DNA from: Lama guanicoe
Taxonomy: Eukaryota
Assembly: GCA_013239625.1 (NCBI GenBank)
Contig: MU053379.1
Span: 984,974 to 1,048,973, forward strand
DNA: 64,000 nt
Direction: 5' to 3'
Shown: positions 1 to 10,900 of the stretch, one piece after another
Numbering within the stretch: position 1 is the stretch's first letter
Layout of the letters: every line of letters begins with the position of its first letter
The notes under the pieces: model-generated
Told to the model about the DNA's origin: nothing
Databases searched by the model: none
The model's input: only the letters and a program-made list of their open reading frames with translations
Position numbers and translations under genes: made by a program

Positions 1-480
1 AGAAATTGCACTCTGGGGCAATTATCTCAGAGAAATGAAGACTTCTAGTCAGACATAACCTCGTCCATAGCAGCCTTATCATCATAGCCAAAAACTGGAA
101 ACAAACCAAATTCTCTTAAGAGGCAAATGGTTAAAGCGATGGTAGGACGTTCCTACCATGCAATACTACTCAGCAGCATACAGGGACAACCTCCTGATAC
201 CAGCAGTACCCAGGATGAATCCCTAGAAAACTATGCTGTGTGAAGAAAAAGCCAACTGCCAAAGGCTACATGCTGTGTGATGCCATTTACGATTGTCGAA
301 ATGACAAAATTATAGAAATGAATGAAGGAGGGAAAGGCGTGGCTCTAACAGCCCAACTTGAGAGATCTGCCTCTTGGGTGGAGGGGGTACAGGGTCCGCG
401 GGATCGCTCTGTATCATTTCTTACTATTACTTGTGTATCTACAATTATCTCAAAATAAACAGTTTAATTGAAAAAAAAAT
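1..480 (+). mobile_element. Old LINE-1 3' end (L1MC-like)
   Basis: L1M-type ORF2-end/3'UTR phrases (ATAGCCAAAAACTGGAAACAA, ATACTACTCAGCAG, ACAATTATCTCAAAATAAA) and an A-rich tail; family from recall. Confidence 0.75.
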
Positions 481-1581
481 TCAGTGGAATCATTAGGAAA
501 TATAGTCAATGACAGTTTCCAACAGTAGATCAGCCATGAAAAATAACCTGGAAACTAGGAAAGAAAACCTAAGAAAAATACAGCATTCATCCAGGTGGTC
601 TGACATCGGGCTAAGATGAGTTTCGGTGGAGGGGAAGCAAAAAACAAAGAAAAACAGAGGGAGGGGGAGATTATCAAGGGAATTATACAATAAAATGACC
701 AGAATGAAAGGAAGTGATTTTTGTGTGGGAAATTCCTTTAAAGGCAAATCATCAGGGATGTCAGAGCTCTAGGGTCGAAGAACCAGAGAGGAGAAGAGAA
801 GTGCCTTTGGGGGTTCTTTGGTGTAAGTACCCTTCCACTCCCCGCACTGTCCCTGAGGATTCGGCTGCTGAGTCAGTTAAGACTCCATCCGCCTCCCAGC
901 CCCTCCTCTTCACGTCTGTGGGGTTTGTCTCTGCTTACTGTCACCTGAGCCAGGATTCAGGAAGGAGTCCCGGTGAAAGATGGGTTACACTAGATCCGGG
1001 AGGCCAGGAGGGGACAGAGGAACAGTGCAGAGCCGGACACACCACAGTGCAGCTCCGTGTGGGGAAGCTCTCTCCCCTGGAGGAACCTGGGGCCAGAGAG
1101 AGAAACAGGTGATCTGTCAGCCTGACGGTCAAAGCCAACGTGAAGCCAGGGGTTTCTTCTGTCTAGTCACCTAGTCTTTTCACACTGCTTGCTTGGGGCA
1201 TTGACGTAACTCCAGCCTCCTGAAATAATACCGGGGCTTTTCCCCATCCAACTCAAATAATGAACGTGCAACTACCAAGACAGTGCATCACCCCCATCAG
1301 CCCGGGGCTAGGCGCGCCTTCTGCAAACATGCACCCGCCCAGCCGGCGAGGTCATTTCCAGGCCAGCCAGCAGGCAGCGGAGGAGGGACTTGTCAAGAGA
1401 AGCTGGGGCAAAGGGAGAAGACTCTAGAGTCTCGGGTGGAGACTTAGAGCCATCGAACACAGTCCTCCCCCTAATTCATAGCTCCTGGGCCAGCTCTCAG
1501 TACTAACTACCTCCAGACCCCAGATGAGTCACTTAGCATCTCTGCACCTCAGTTTCTTCACCTGTGAAGTGGGGAGAGGCC

Positions 1582-2021
1582 TGTAGTGGATGCTGTTGGG
1601 GCCTTGCCCATAACCAGTAGACCCTTAGCATTTCTGTGCATAGCTTTGCCTGCGGTCTTTCTCTAGCCCAAGAGCCCGCTCTGCCTGGCTGCTTAGAAGT
1701 ACTAGAGAATTAACACTCCCAGGAGCAGCCGTCAACCAAAACTAACAGGAGTTGGGGTATAAATACTCCAGGTCCTGAGGGCCAGAGAGCCCTTAAGTAC
1801 GAGTTGCAGTCTCCCAGAGCCCTCCAGCAGGACTGACATCCAGCTGGTCGCGGTGATGCGCTTGATAATACAGTAAGACTCCAGTGATGGCTGCCCCCCA
1901 CTCTCTGTCTCACTCCTCCACACCGCCCCCCCCCCGCCCCCGGAGATCACCTCCCATAGAAAGTCCTTGCCCTTGAACTCTTATAACAAGGTCAGCTTCT
2001 GAGGGGACCCCAAACCAAGAA
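1582..2021 (+). mobile_element. ERVL solo LTR (LTR16-like)
   Basis: Starts TGTAGTGGATGCTG, contains GGGGTATAAATACTCCAG, ends GCTTCTGAGGGGACCCCAAACCAAGA as in recalled LTR16 consensus. Confidence 0.7.
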
Positions 2022-2539
2022 ACTTCCCAGCTGTCTCGGTTGTTGCTAAGATCAGGCAAAGCTCTTGGACCGAGGTCAAGGGTATCATCACGAAGTCTTG
2101 GCAGGCTTGTGTCTGCCAGGCATAGGGAGCTGCTGGTCAGTATGAGCTGGGTGTCCCTGGGCTTGGAACCCTAGGTGCTCGCTGGGGACAGAAACCATAA
2201 AAGACTGCCATTTTGGAGCTTAACTGGGTCCTGCCTGGTTTGAACAGCCACAACACATCACAACTTCCAACCTCCCAGTGGTGGAGATATCTCCAAAGAC
2301 CCAGGGCTGCCCACACACCAGACAAGGAATAAGTTTTTAGCATCATCTAGCCCATAACTGGTATCAAACAGGAGATGTGACCTGTGGCTCCAATGGCCGC
2401 AGAACCCAAGAAGAGTGTCTAACGACTAGCTGAGCAAGGCCAGCAGCAAACCCTGGAACAGCAGGGGGAGCCAGGAAAGATGCGGGCTAGTCGAAGGGTC
2501 ACAGGGGCCCTGAAGGCGCTCCCAACGGCCAGGCTGGAG

Positions 2540-3420
2540 AAAGTTGAACAACAAAACAAAAAATGATGACATCAGATTATCACCCATGGAATAAAATATC
2601 CCTCAGTCCACACGGATGTAAGTAACTACTTGATTAACAAACTCGATGGAGCAGAAGGAACCACTCTTTTTTGCAGTGGACAGTCCATCAGTACACGTGG
2701 AGGGAAGGAGGGAGGGAGGGGAAGCCAGCATTAGGCCAATACCACAGAGGTGACCACCTCAGACAAGATCTGCTGAGATGCCAGCATCTGGCGAGGTTAG
2801 AGGAGAAAAGGCATCTGCATGGCCTCAGGGTCTCTCTCCTGAGCCTCTGTTGCCAAGGCAGAGGATGGGAGGCAAAAATAACTTTACAGAGGAAAAGGCC
2901 CTCGGGGACCACTTGACCGGAGAGCCAGGCATCACTGCAGAAATCAGCCCTGTGACCCTGTGGCCTGGGGACTGAGCTCCACGTCTGTGGCGGCCTTGCC
3001 GGATGCATGACCTCCACCTAGCGGTGAGGAGACCCACAAAGCCACATGACTGACCAACACTCTACGTGGTACCCAGCTCCTGAAAAAGAAGTGTCTTAGG
3101 AACCATTGTGGACGGCAAGACACCAGAGCCATCAAACAGCTCAATGCAAGCTTGCGTTCCTGGACGGTTCCTGGAGCAAAGGAAGGACCTTAGTGGAAAA
3201 GCCGGTGAGGGTGACGCAGGGCCTTGAATTGGATTCAGGGTGTTAGTAGCAAAGTTCAGCTCCCGGGTTTGGTCGTTTGAATGAGTTTGTGAGGTTGGGG
3301 AGGGCGGAGAGGAGGGCAGGAAACTGTCTGTGCTGTTCTGGCAACTTGAATACTATTTACTACTTCCCTTCACTCCTACTTTCGAAATGTACTGCAAAAT
3401 AAAAAGTCTTTTTAAAACAG
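2540..3420 (+). mobile_element. Degenerate LINE-1 3' region (L1MC4-like)
   Basis: Diverged L1MC-type 3'UTR phrases ending ...AAAATAAAAAGTCTTTTTAAAA. Confidence 0.5.
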
Positions 3421-6400
3421 CAGCAAGCGTCCAGTTTGCCAGCAGCATCTACTGGAAAAGGAACAATCACCACACCTGTGCTGATCTGAGCAACGCTCAA
3501 AACTGGGGCAACGGATCTCAGAATGTTTTGCGACGTGGGAGTGGGGAGTGGGGGAGGGCTGAGGCCTTCTCTCCCTGCAACGTGCCCCCCAGGGTCAAAG
3601 GAGGCAAAAATGACAAGACCCCAGCTGAATAGATTTGGCAGAAAAAATGTTCGGGGACTTGTCCTCGGGCAGGTCACACATCCTTCAACAGTGTTCACGG
3701 CTCTGTGTTCCCAGCTGGGGTCTCCCAGGCCCGTGCACGGCGTCAGCCAAGGCCGGGATCTGATTTTGTAGAAAATCAGGTCCTTTCACCACAACCTCTG
3801 TGGTTCGTTCGAACTGGGATTGGGGGCCTGTGCTGCCACCAGGACTGTTTTTTGGAACATTTAGAATGTTCTGAGGACCTCAGTTCTGGGCCTGTGGGTC
3901 AGATACAATGTGCATGGAGCCAGAGGACAGGTTCAGCATGGAGGCCAGCGACATGGGGAAGCGGTGCTGGGGCCACCAGAGGTGAGGCCGCCAGGGGAGA
4001 CTGCTTGCAGAGAAGGGGGCAGCCCCCAGGGAAAGGCCGGGAAGCAGAGCGCAAGGCGAGGAGCAAGGTCCGCTCCTGCCCTTTAAGCAAATACCAGGCT
4101 GTCTGCGGCCAGAGAAGAAATAAATATTGACAAAGAAGAGGAGCAATACAAAGCCGGGTGGGAGGGAGCCTGGCCTGGAAGGAGCCCCCTGGAGGGAGCG
4201 CCCCTCCCCAGGGCCTTGGAGAGGGGCCCTTCCAGCTGATGCTCTGGGATCCTGGGCGACTTCGAGTTACTGGCCAGGATGGTAAGCTAGGCCAGGGGCT
4301 CAGTGGCTCGTGTTTGGCAAAGGTGTAGCCAGAAGGGGCCATCCGTGACCTCTGACGAGTGCCAGGCCTGGGAGGTCCTGGGTAAACTCAGGTCCTGCCT
4401 CTACAGGGTGCTAGATGGATCCCCAGGTCCAAAGGGCCTGCTGGCATTCCCGGGGTACAGGGGTGCTTCTCAAAGTGGGGGCGCAGGGCTCTCATCAGAG
4501 GACTCTGGGGTGCTGGGAGAAAATGCACATTCTTGGGCCCCACCTGCCTCTCCAGACCCTCAGGGATGAAGCCTGGGACTGAGTTTTTAGCATCTTCCCT
4601 ATTGATTCTGATGTGTTCCAGGGTGAGGCAGGTTAGACCCATTTAATGGAAGAGTAAGCCAAGGCCCAGAGAGGGGGTACAGCTTTCTTTGGCCTCACAA
4701 GGAGTGAGGGGCAGGGAGGGAGGAGAGCCCAGGGTCGTGACTTCCATGTCACCTCTTCCAGCCTCCTAGGGGGAGAAGTCAACTGCTTCCATCACCTTGG
4801 CTGGGAATGCCTTTCCCCCACTCCCACCCAGACGGTCCACATAACCTTCTTGGCCACATGGGTCTCAAACCTTCCCATGGGAAGGCTTCTCTGACCCCCA
4901 CCTCCAATCCAGGGAAGGCGCCCCTGCCTGTCCTAGGGCCCCAGCCCCTGGGCCTCCCACTCTCTCGGCACTGGCCGCAGTGGAGTGTGACTAACACTGA
5001 CCTTGGCAGCATGGTGCCTGGCATGTGGAGCAACGCCATCAGGGACTCTGCAGCACCACGCTTACCCTACCCCCAGAGCCCCCATCTCCACCCCTCTGGC
5101 AGCTCTAACAGGCCGGGAGCTTGTCCTCAAAGTCCCAGGGCTGACCCTCATCAGCCTGCCTGGGCCAGGGGGGAAGGCTCTCCCGCGCAGACCTCAGCGC
5201 TCTGGCCGCACCTGCGGGCAGAGGGTAGGGGCAGCTACCGCAGAAGAGCTGGACTGAGAACAGAGGAGAGGAACCTACGGGAGAGTCGGAGGTCTTTCAA
5301 AAGGAGGGAGGAGCTGGGTGGGCAAAGCCCAGCATATGTCTACCCAGCCTATCCCCCTCCTGACCCAGGGCTGTGCTGATGACCAGAGCGCTTCAGAATC
5401 GAGTCCAGTCCTATCTCCCTGCCTCTCCTGCACATCGCACCTGGCTGTGCCTTCTGGTACCACCACAACAACCTCTCCCTTTGCTCACCTGACAGATCCT
5501 GAAGGGCTTGCTGGCAGCTCTCAGCTCCCCCACCAACCACCCCAAACTCCACTCCACTCACATTGGTGAATCCCTGGCCCAGCACTCCCACTTCCTTTGC
5601 CCAGAATTCTAGACCCTTCCCCTGCCCCACCATGGACTCCTGTCTCACATGGGCCACTCCCCTGCTCAAACCCTCAATGGCTCCCTATTACCTGCCACTC
5701 CCTATTACCTCTCACTCTAGTGTTCAAGTTCCACCTAAATCTGGCCTCCAATGTATCTCTGGCAGTGGTCATTATTCCAAAAGCCTATTTTGATGACTTA
5801 TAACAAAAAAGATAAATATCTCCAAATTCTCCGGCCCTCCTAGAGACTGTACCTGTTTGTGGCCACTCTTTTCTTCATCCTTATTCTCACGTGGGATAAA
5901 AAAGACACCAGCAACCTCATTCCCTTCCACTCACTTTTGCTGCGAGCCTAAAACTGCTCTAAGAAACAGTCTTAAAAAGAAAGAAGCCACCAGCTGAAAA
6001 AGTATTTGAGAGAGGGGGAGAGAGGGAGAGAGGGTGTGTGTTTGAGGTGGGTTGGGGGTTCACACATGTGTCTGCAGGAAGAAAGCCTGGAAGGCTATTT
6101 GGGCATCTCACCCCTGCGTCCTGCCCCTGCCCCTCAGTGACTCAACTTGCTTTTCTATATTTTCTACCCTAACATGAAATTTGGGGAAAATTTAAAAATC
6201 AGTTTAAGAAACTTGGAGGACAAAAGGCAGTTTACACTAGAAAAGGCACCAACCATGACTTTAAACAGGCATAGGTTGGAATCTCAGTGGTCAAGTGGCC
6301 TCGGGTGAGTGACTTGTGCCTTTTTGTCTCTGAGCCCTGGCTTCTCACCTGCAGGGCAGGGGATTACAGGAAATTGCAAAAGTGGCTGCAGCCTCTCTGA

Positions 6401-6439
6401 TCAAAAGATGGAGTTGATTTGCCATCCCCCTACCTTGAA

Positions 6440-6779
6440 TCTTATAAGTTGTTTCACTGACAGAACATGTCAGAAGGGATGCTGTGCTGGTTCTGGGCCC
6501 ACACTTACTCTCCTGGAAACTTGCCCAGCAGCCAAGAGCACAAGCCAGGCAAGACCAGCTAGGGACCAAGAGCCCAAGGAGCTGAGACCAGCCATGCCAG
6601 TGGAGGCCATTCTAAGCCCCCAACCCCAGCCAGCCTAGCAGCTGACCTCAGGCCGTTGAGTGAGCCATGGCTACCAGAAGAACTGTCCAGCTAAGTCCAG
6701 TCATTAGAAATAAACAGCTGCTATTTTAAGCTACTAGGAGCTGGGATGGCTTGTTACGCAGCAATAGCTAACAGATACA
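6440..6779 (+). mobile_element. ERVL-MaLR LTR (MLT1-type)
   Basis: Typical 3' end AATAAACAGCTGCTATTTTAAGCTACTAGG...GTTACGCAGCAATAGCTAACAGATACA. Confidence 0.75.
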
Positions 6780-6789
6780 CCCACTAAAA

Positions 6790-7085
6790 ACGCCCTGGAA
6801 CTCTCTTCCCCCAGATATCCACATGCCTTTCTCTCTGATAGCCCTCAGGCCTCTGCTCAGTGAGGCCATCCCTGGCAGGTTTATATAAAATAACAGCTCC
6901 ATTCCCACTCACTCTCCCAGATACAAACCTCACCAGAGTACGCATCACCTCACCCCTCTGTGTATCTGCTTGCCCCAACACTCATAGTAGAACAAAGCTC
7001 CATGAGGACAAGGACATTGTTTTGTCCACTGCTATCCCTGGGGCCCAGCATGGGGTACAGCTGCTTGTAGAAGGCATGGATGAGT
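6790..7085 (+). mobile_element. LINE-2 3' fragment
   Basis: AAGCTCCATGAGGACAAGGACATTGTTTTGTCCACTGCTATCCCTGGGGCCCAGCA L2 terminal pattern. Confidence 0.65.
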
Positions 7086-9964
7086 TCATGTGACCCTTGT
7101 CCAGTGGGCCATGGACCTTGGCCGTGGACCACCCTTGGCCATGGACCACCACTCACTCCGGGCCTCCCCATCTGCCCACCTTGCCCTGGACACTCGCTGC
7201 CCTGAGTTGCATTGGTCTTTGCATTTGAATGATCCCCTTGGAGTCTGAGAGGGGCTTCCCCAGCATCTGTTGATCCCTCTTCCCCTCCATCTATGACTGG
7301 GGACACTCCCACCTCTATTTTTCAAACAGAAACTGAGGGCTGAGTGACTTGCCCCAGGAAATGGGGGTATTTTGAAGCACATCTTGCCCAGAGCTCCCTC
7401 AGACCACTGACAGGTACCTCCTGCTTCCCAGCCCAGGGCCGCAGCAGACTTGCAGCCAGGAGACTCCATTCAGAGCCCTTTCTCCTCCTCCCGGCTGCAG
7501 TGGGCCTGACCTCACTACGGAAGCCTCCAACAACCCCAGCACCTCAGGACGCTGCCTCTAGTGTTATTTGACGTGAAGCAAACAACAGGGGCTCTCAGAT
7601 CTTGGCCAGGGCACCTGGCATTCTGAGGGCTTCAGAGACCCAGAAAGATCAGAAAGGAGTGGGGCCCTGCAGCCTTCAGGCTGCTGCCACCTGCATCTCA
7701 ACCTCCCTCCCGCCCCCATGGGCGCCTCAGGGAAGATCCTGGTAATCTGGGAGGAAAACCACACGGTTCAAGTTCTCTGGAGTCCATAAGCAAGTGCTCT
7801 GTCATGTTTGCTGTGGTCCAGGCTCTCCCAGAGCTGAGAGAGAGGAGGACGCGGGCCTGGGAGGCCCAGCAGTGGGTGTGGAGGTGAGCCAGGATCTGGG
7901 ACTGTGTGGAGCCCACCTCCATCCCACAGAGGGGTGTGGACCCTACAGCTCCTGCCCCAGGGGGAGCAGGCACACCCCAGGACAGAGGGCCAGCCTGTGT
8001 GTGCAGGAAACGTGGCAGGTGGCCTTGGTGGCCTGAGCCTTGGGGGAAACCAGTGTTTAACCCAGGGCACCGCAGTGCCCCAGGGGACAGAGACCAAAGA
8101 GCGGCTCCCTCGGGGTGTGTCAGCAGGGGAGGCCGCGGCCAGGACGTGGAGGACTGTGTGGTCGACCGTCCACCTCCAGGCTGGCTGCTGGATTTTCCCA
8201 CAAAGGCCCCGGCGCGCTCTCGGAGGGCAGCTCCACCATCTGGGGGCGGAGCCCAGGGAAAGGGGGCGGGGCCCAGGCCGCCGCGGGAGCCTCTGGCTGC
8301 ACCGTGCACGCCTGAGATGTGAACTCCGGTGGAGGTGGAATTCCTAGCATCAAGGCACCAGATAAACGGGTCCAAACCGGTGGAACAACCAGCCCTGACT
8401 GGGAGTCGGCTGTGCGGACGGCCCGCAGCCAGGAGACGGCAGCGACTATGACAGAACGACGTCACGTTTATTAAGCACTTACTACAGGCCGAGCACTGTG
8501 CGTCTAAAGGTTTGCATGGACACCCTTGCTTGGTTCTCACGGCCCCTCCAAATGGTCTGAAGTCTTAGCCTCATCCTAGAGGAGACTGATACTCCAAATG
8601 CCTCTTGTGTGCAGGCAGGAGCCAAACTCCCCCCACTGGACCCCCCTGTTGTGCTCAGAGCAAACCCCCCTCCTACCAGTACCAGCGTGCAGAGGCGTGA
8701 GCTTCCTTCAGTCACAGCAGAAACAAACCCATGCACGGACCGGGTGACTCAAAACAGCACAAAGTCCTCACGCGCACGGTCCAGTCGGAGTAACAAAACC
8801 AGGGGAAAGTGAGCAAGAGAAGTTAAACCCCAGCATGAGGTAGTGACACAGGAGAGGTCACCGCCTGGAGCCAGCGCTGGGCACCCAGATGTCCTGCCCC
8901 TGCTGTCTTTAAAATTTCTGAAAAGTGTCTGAAAAGGAACCTAGGGCAGCACTTGGTGGACAGAAGGAGTTACTGCCTCTTACTCTAAAACTTCTGCCAA
9001 CAGGTTTTCCCACCCCTTACAGGTCTCTGCAAAAAGCCACTGCCCCCTCCCTCCCCCAGAGGAGTCAGCCAGCAGGAAAGCAGCCCCTTTCATTAAGGTA
9101 GGGAGGGGCTCCGCCTGGCAACAGAGCCTCCAGGGCTTGGGAAACTGCTGAGTAGACAATAAAATTAGAGGGAAGGGCACTGAGCAAATTACAGAGCGGG
9201 AGTGGGCTGGCCGGAGAGCCTCTCATTAGCCTGATTAGCTGTGGTAGGAGCCCCGCGGAGGGAGGGAAGGCCCTCGGGGAATGGTTACCTACCTCCTGGG
9301 GGACTGAGGGCCCCTCCAAAGCCCAGGGGCCCCCAGCCCGGCCTCCACCCTCTAGGCAGACCCTGTCCCCTCACTGTAGGGGGAGGGCCCAAGAGTCTCC
9401 CAGATGCTCCCTTTGACTCTGGATGCCAGGCCGAGCCACTGAGCCTCATTTTCCTCATCTGTAAAACGGGGTTGATGAGAAGTCCGCGCTCACAAGCAAT
9501 GACCAGGATTCACCTAACAAGTGGTCCTAATCCTGCCTGGAGATCAGAACCGCAGGCGAATGTTGTGAACCGCCAACATGTGGGCTGGACCCTGTCCCAC
9601 TGAAATCAGAACCTTTGTGGATGGGCCTGGGCAGTAGCATTTTAAATCTCTCATGGTGACAGCAGGCTGAGACAAGACCCTGCCTATCAAAGTGGCTACA
9701 ACTCCTGGGTTTGTGTCACCAAGTTAAATGGCCCATCTCGGGGCCACCCTCCCAGACCCCCCCTTCTAGAACAGACGCTACTCATCTGTCACAGCCACCT
9801 CTGTATCCCCAAGGCCTGGGACAGTTTCTGGCACAGAGTGTTTGTTGAATGAACTCTTAACAGAACAAAACCTTAAACCGACAGGGACTCTCGGGGCAGC
9901 GAACACCGACAGCCACTCTTGAGGTGAGTCTGGGAAGAGGGCGCCGCCTCCTCCACTTCACATC

Positions 9965-10340
9965 TGTTCACTCCACCCACGAACGTCTGCTGAGGGCCCA
10001 CCGTGTGTCGGGCTCCATTCTAGGCACATGGGGCACATTGGAGAACACGGAAGGTGTTGAAGACCCCGGCCCTCCCTCCTAGCTCACAGTTCTATGAAGA
10101 GACAGAAATAAGGTCTACGTACAGAGAGTAAAGGTGTGAAAAACTTCAGTAGAGTTAAACAGGGAAAGCAGATCAGGGATTAAATAAGGTTGGCAGGGAA
10201 GGCCTCACTGAAAGGTGAGATTTGAGCAAAGATTGGCAGCAGGTGAGGGAATGAGCCAAGGGCGGGTGTGCAGGACAAAATCAACAGGGAGCAGCTGAGC
10301 AAAGGGCCAGAGGCGAGGTCAGCCCGGGTTCCAGAGGGGA
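9965..10340 (-). mobile_element. LINE-2 fragment
   Basis: AGGGAAGGCCTCACTGAAAGGTGAGATTTGAGCAAAGA and related L2 minus-strand phrases. Confidence 0.6.
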
Positions 10341-10524
10341 ATGAGCTTCTGCAGAGTAACAAACCACCACGAATTTAGTGCGTAAAGCAACCGCCACTGC
10401 CCAGTGCTCAGGACTCAGGGCCTGGGGGAGTCTCTTGTCTCTGTTACCCAGTGTCCGGGGCTTCGACTGGGAAACCCTGCCTGTCTTGGGGTGACAGGAA
10501 CGACTGAATCTCGTGTTCTGTAGC

Positions 10525-10900
10525 GTGTTCTGTCCAGTACAGTAGCCACCACGCACACATGGCTATTTAAATTAATTAATTTTAAAAAACTGAAACATCA
10601 CTTTCTCGGTTGCACTTGCTGCATTCCAGGGGCCACATGTTGCAAATAAAAATACAGGATACCCAGTAAATTTGGGTATCAGAGAAGTAACCAGTAATTG
10701 TTTCAGTATGAATATATCCCAGATACTACATGAGACACACTTAGACCGAATGAGTCATTATTGTTTATCTCAAATTCAAACTGGACAGGGTGTTCTGCGT
10801 TTTCTCTGACCCTAGCTACCATATGGCTAATGGCCACTGCACTGGTCAACACGGACGCAGGACGTTTCCATCACACAGAAAGTCCTATCGGTCACCGCTG
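10525..10900 (-). mobile_element. MER3-like hAT-Charlie DNA transposon
   Basis: GTAGCCACCACGCACACATGGCTATTTAAATT at the left; TTTCCATCACACAGAAAGTCCTATCGGTCACCGCTG at the right. Confidence 0.7.
10628..10814 (+). mobile_element. MER53-like palindromic MITE
   Basis: GCAAATAAAAATACAGGATACCCAGTAAATTTG...TTGTTTATCTCAAATTCAAACTGG...ACCCT with inverted arms. Confidence 0.7.

Noticed and set aside
3011..3026. CTCF-like CACCGCTAGGTGGAG on the minus strand
   Set aside because: Mismatch at the conserved GGC position and embedded in a decayed L1; too weak without ChIP data
7698..8540. 280-aa minus-strand ORF and overlapping ORFs
   Set aside because: Non-ATG start, Pro/Gly/Arg-rich composition, several frames open because of high GC, no recognisable domain or splice structure
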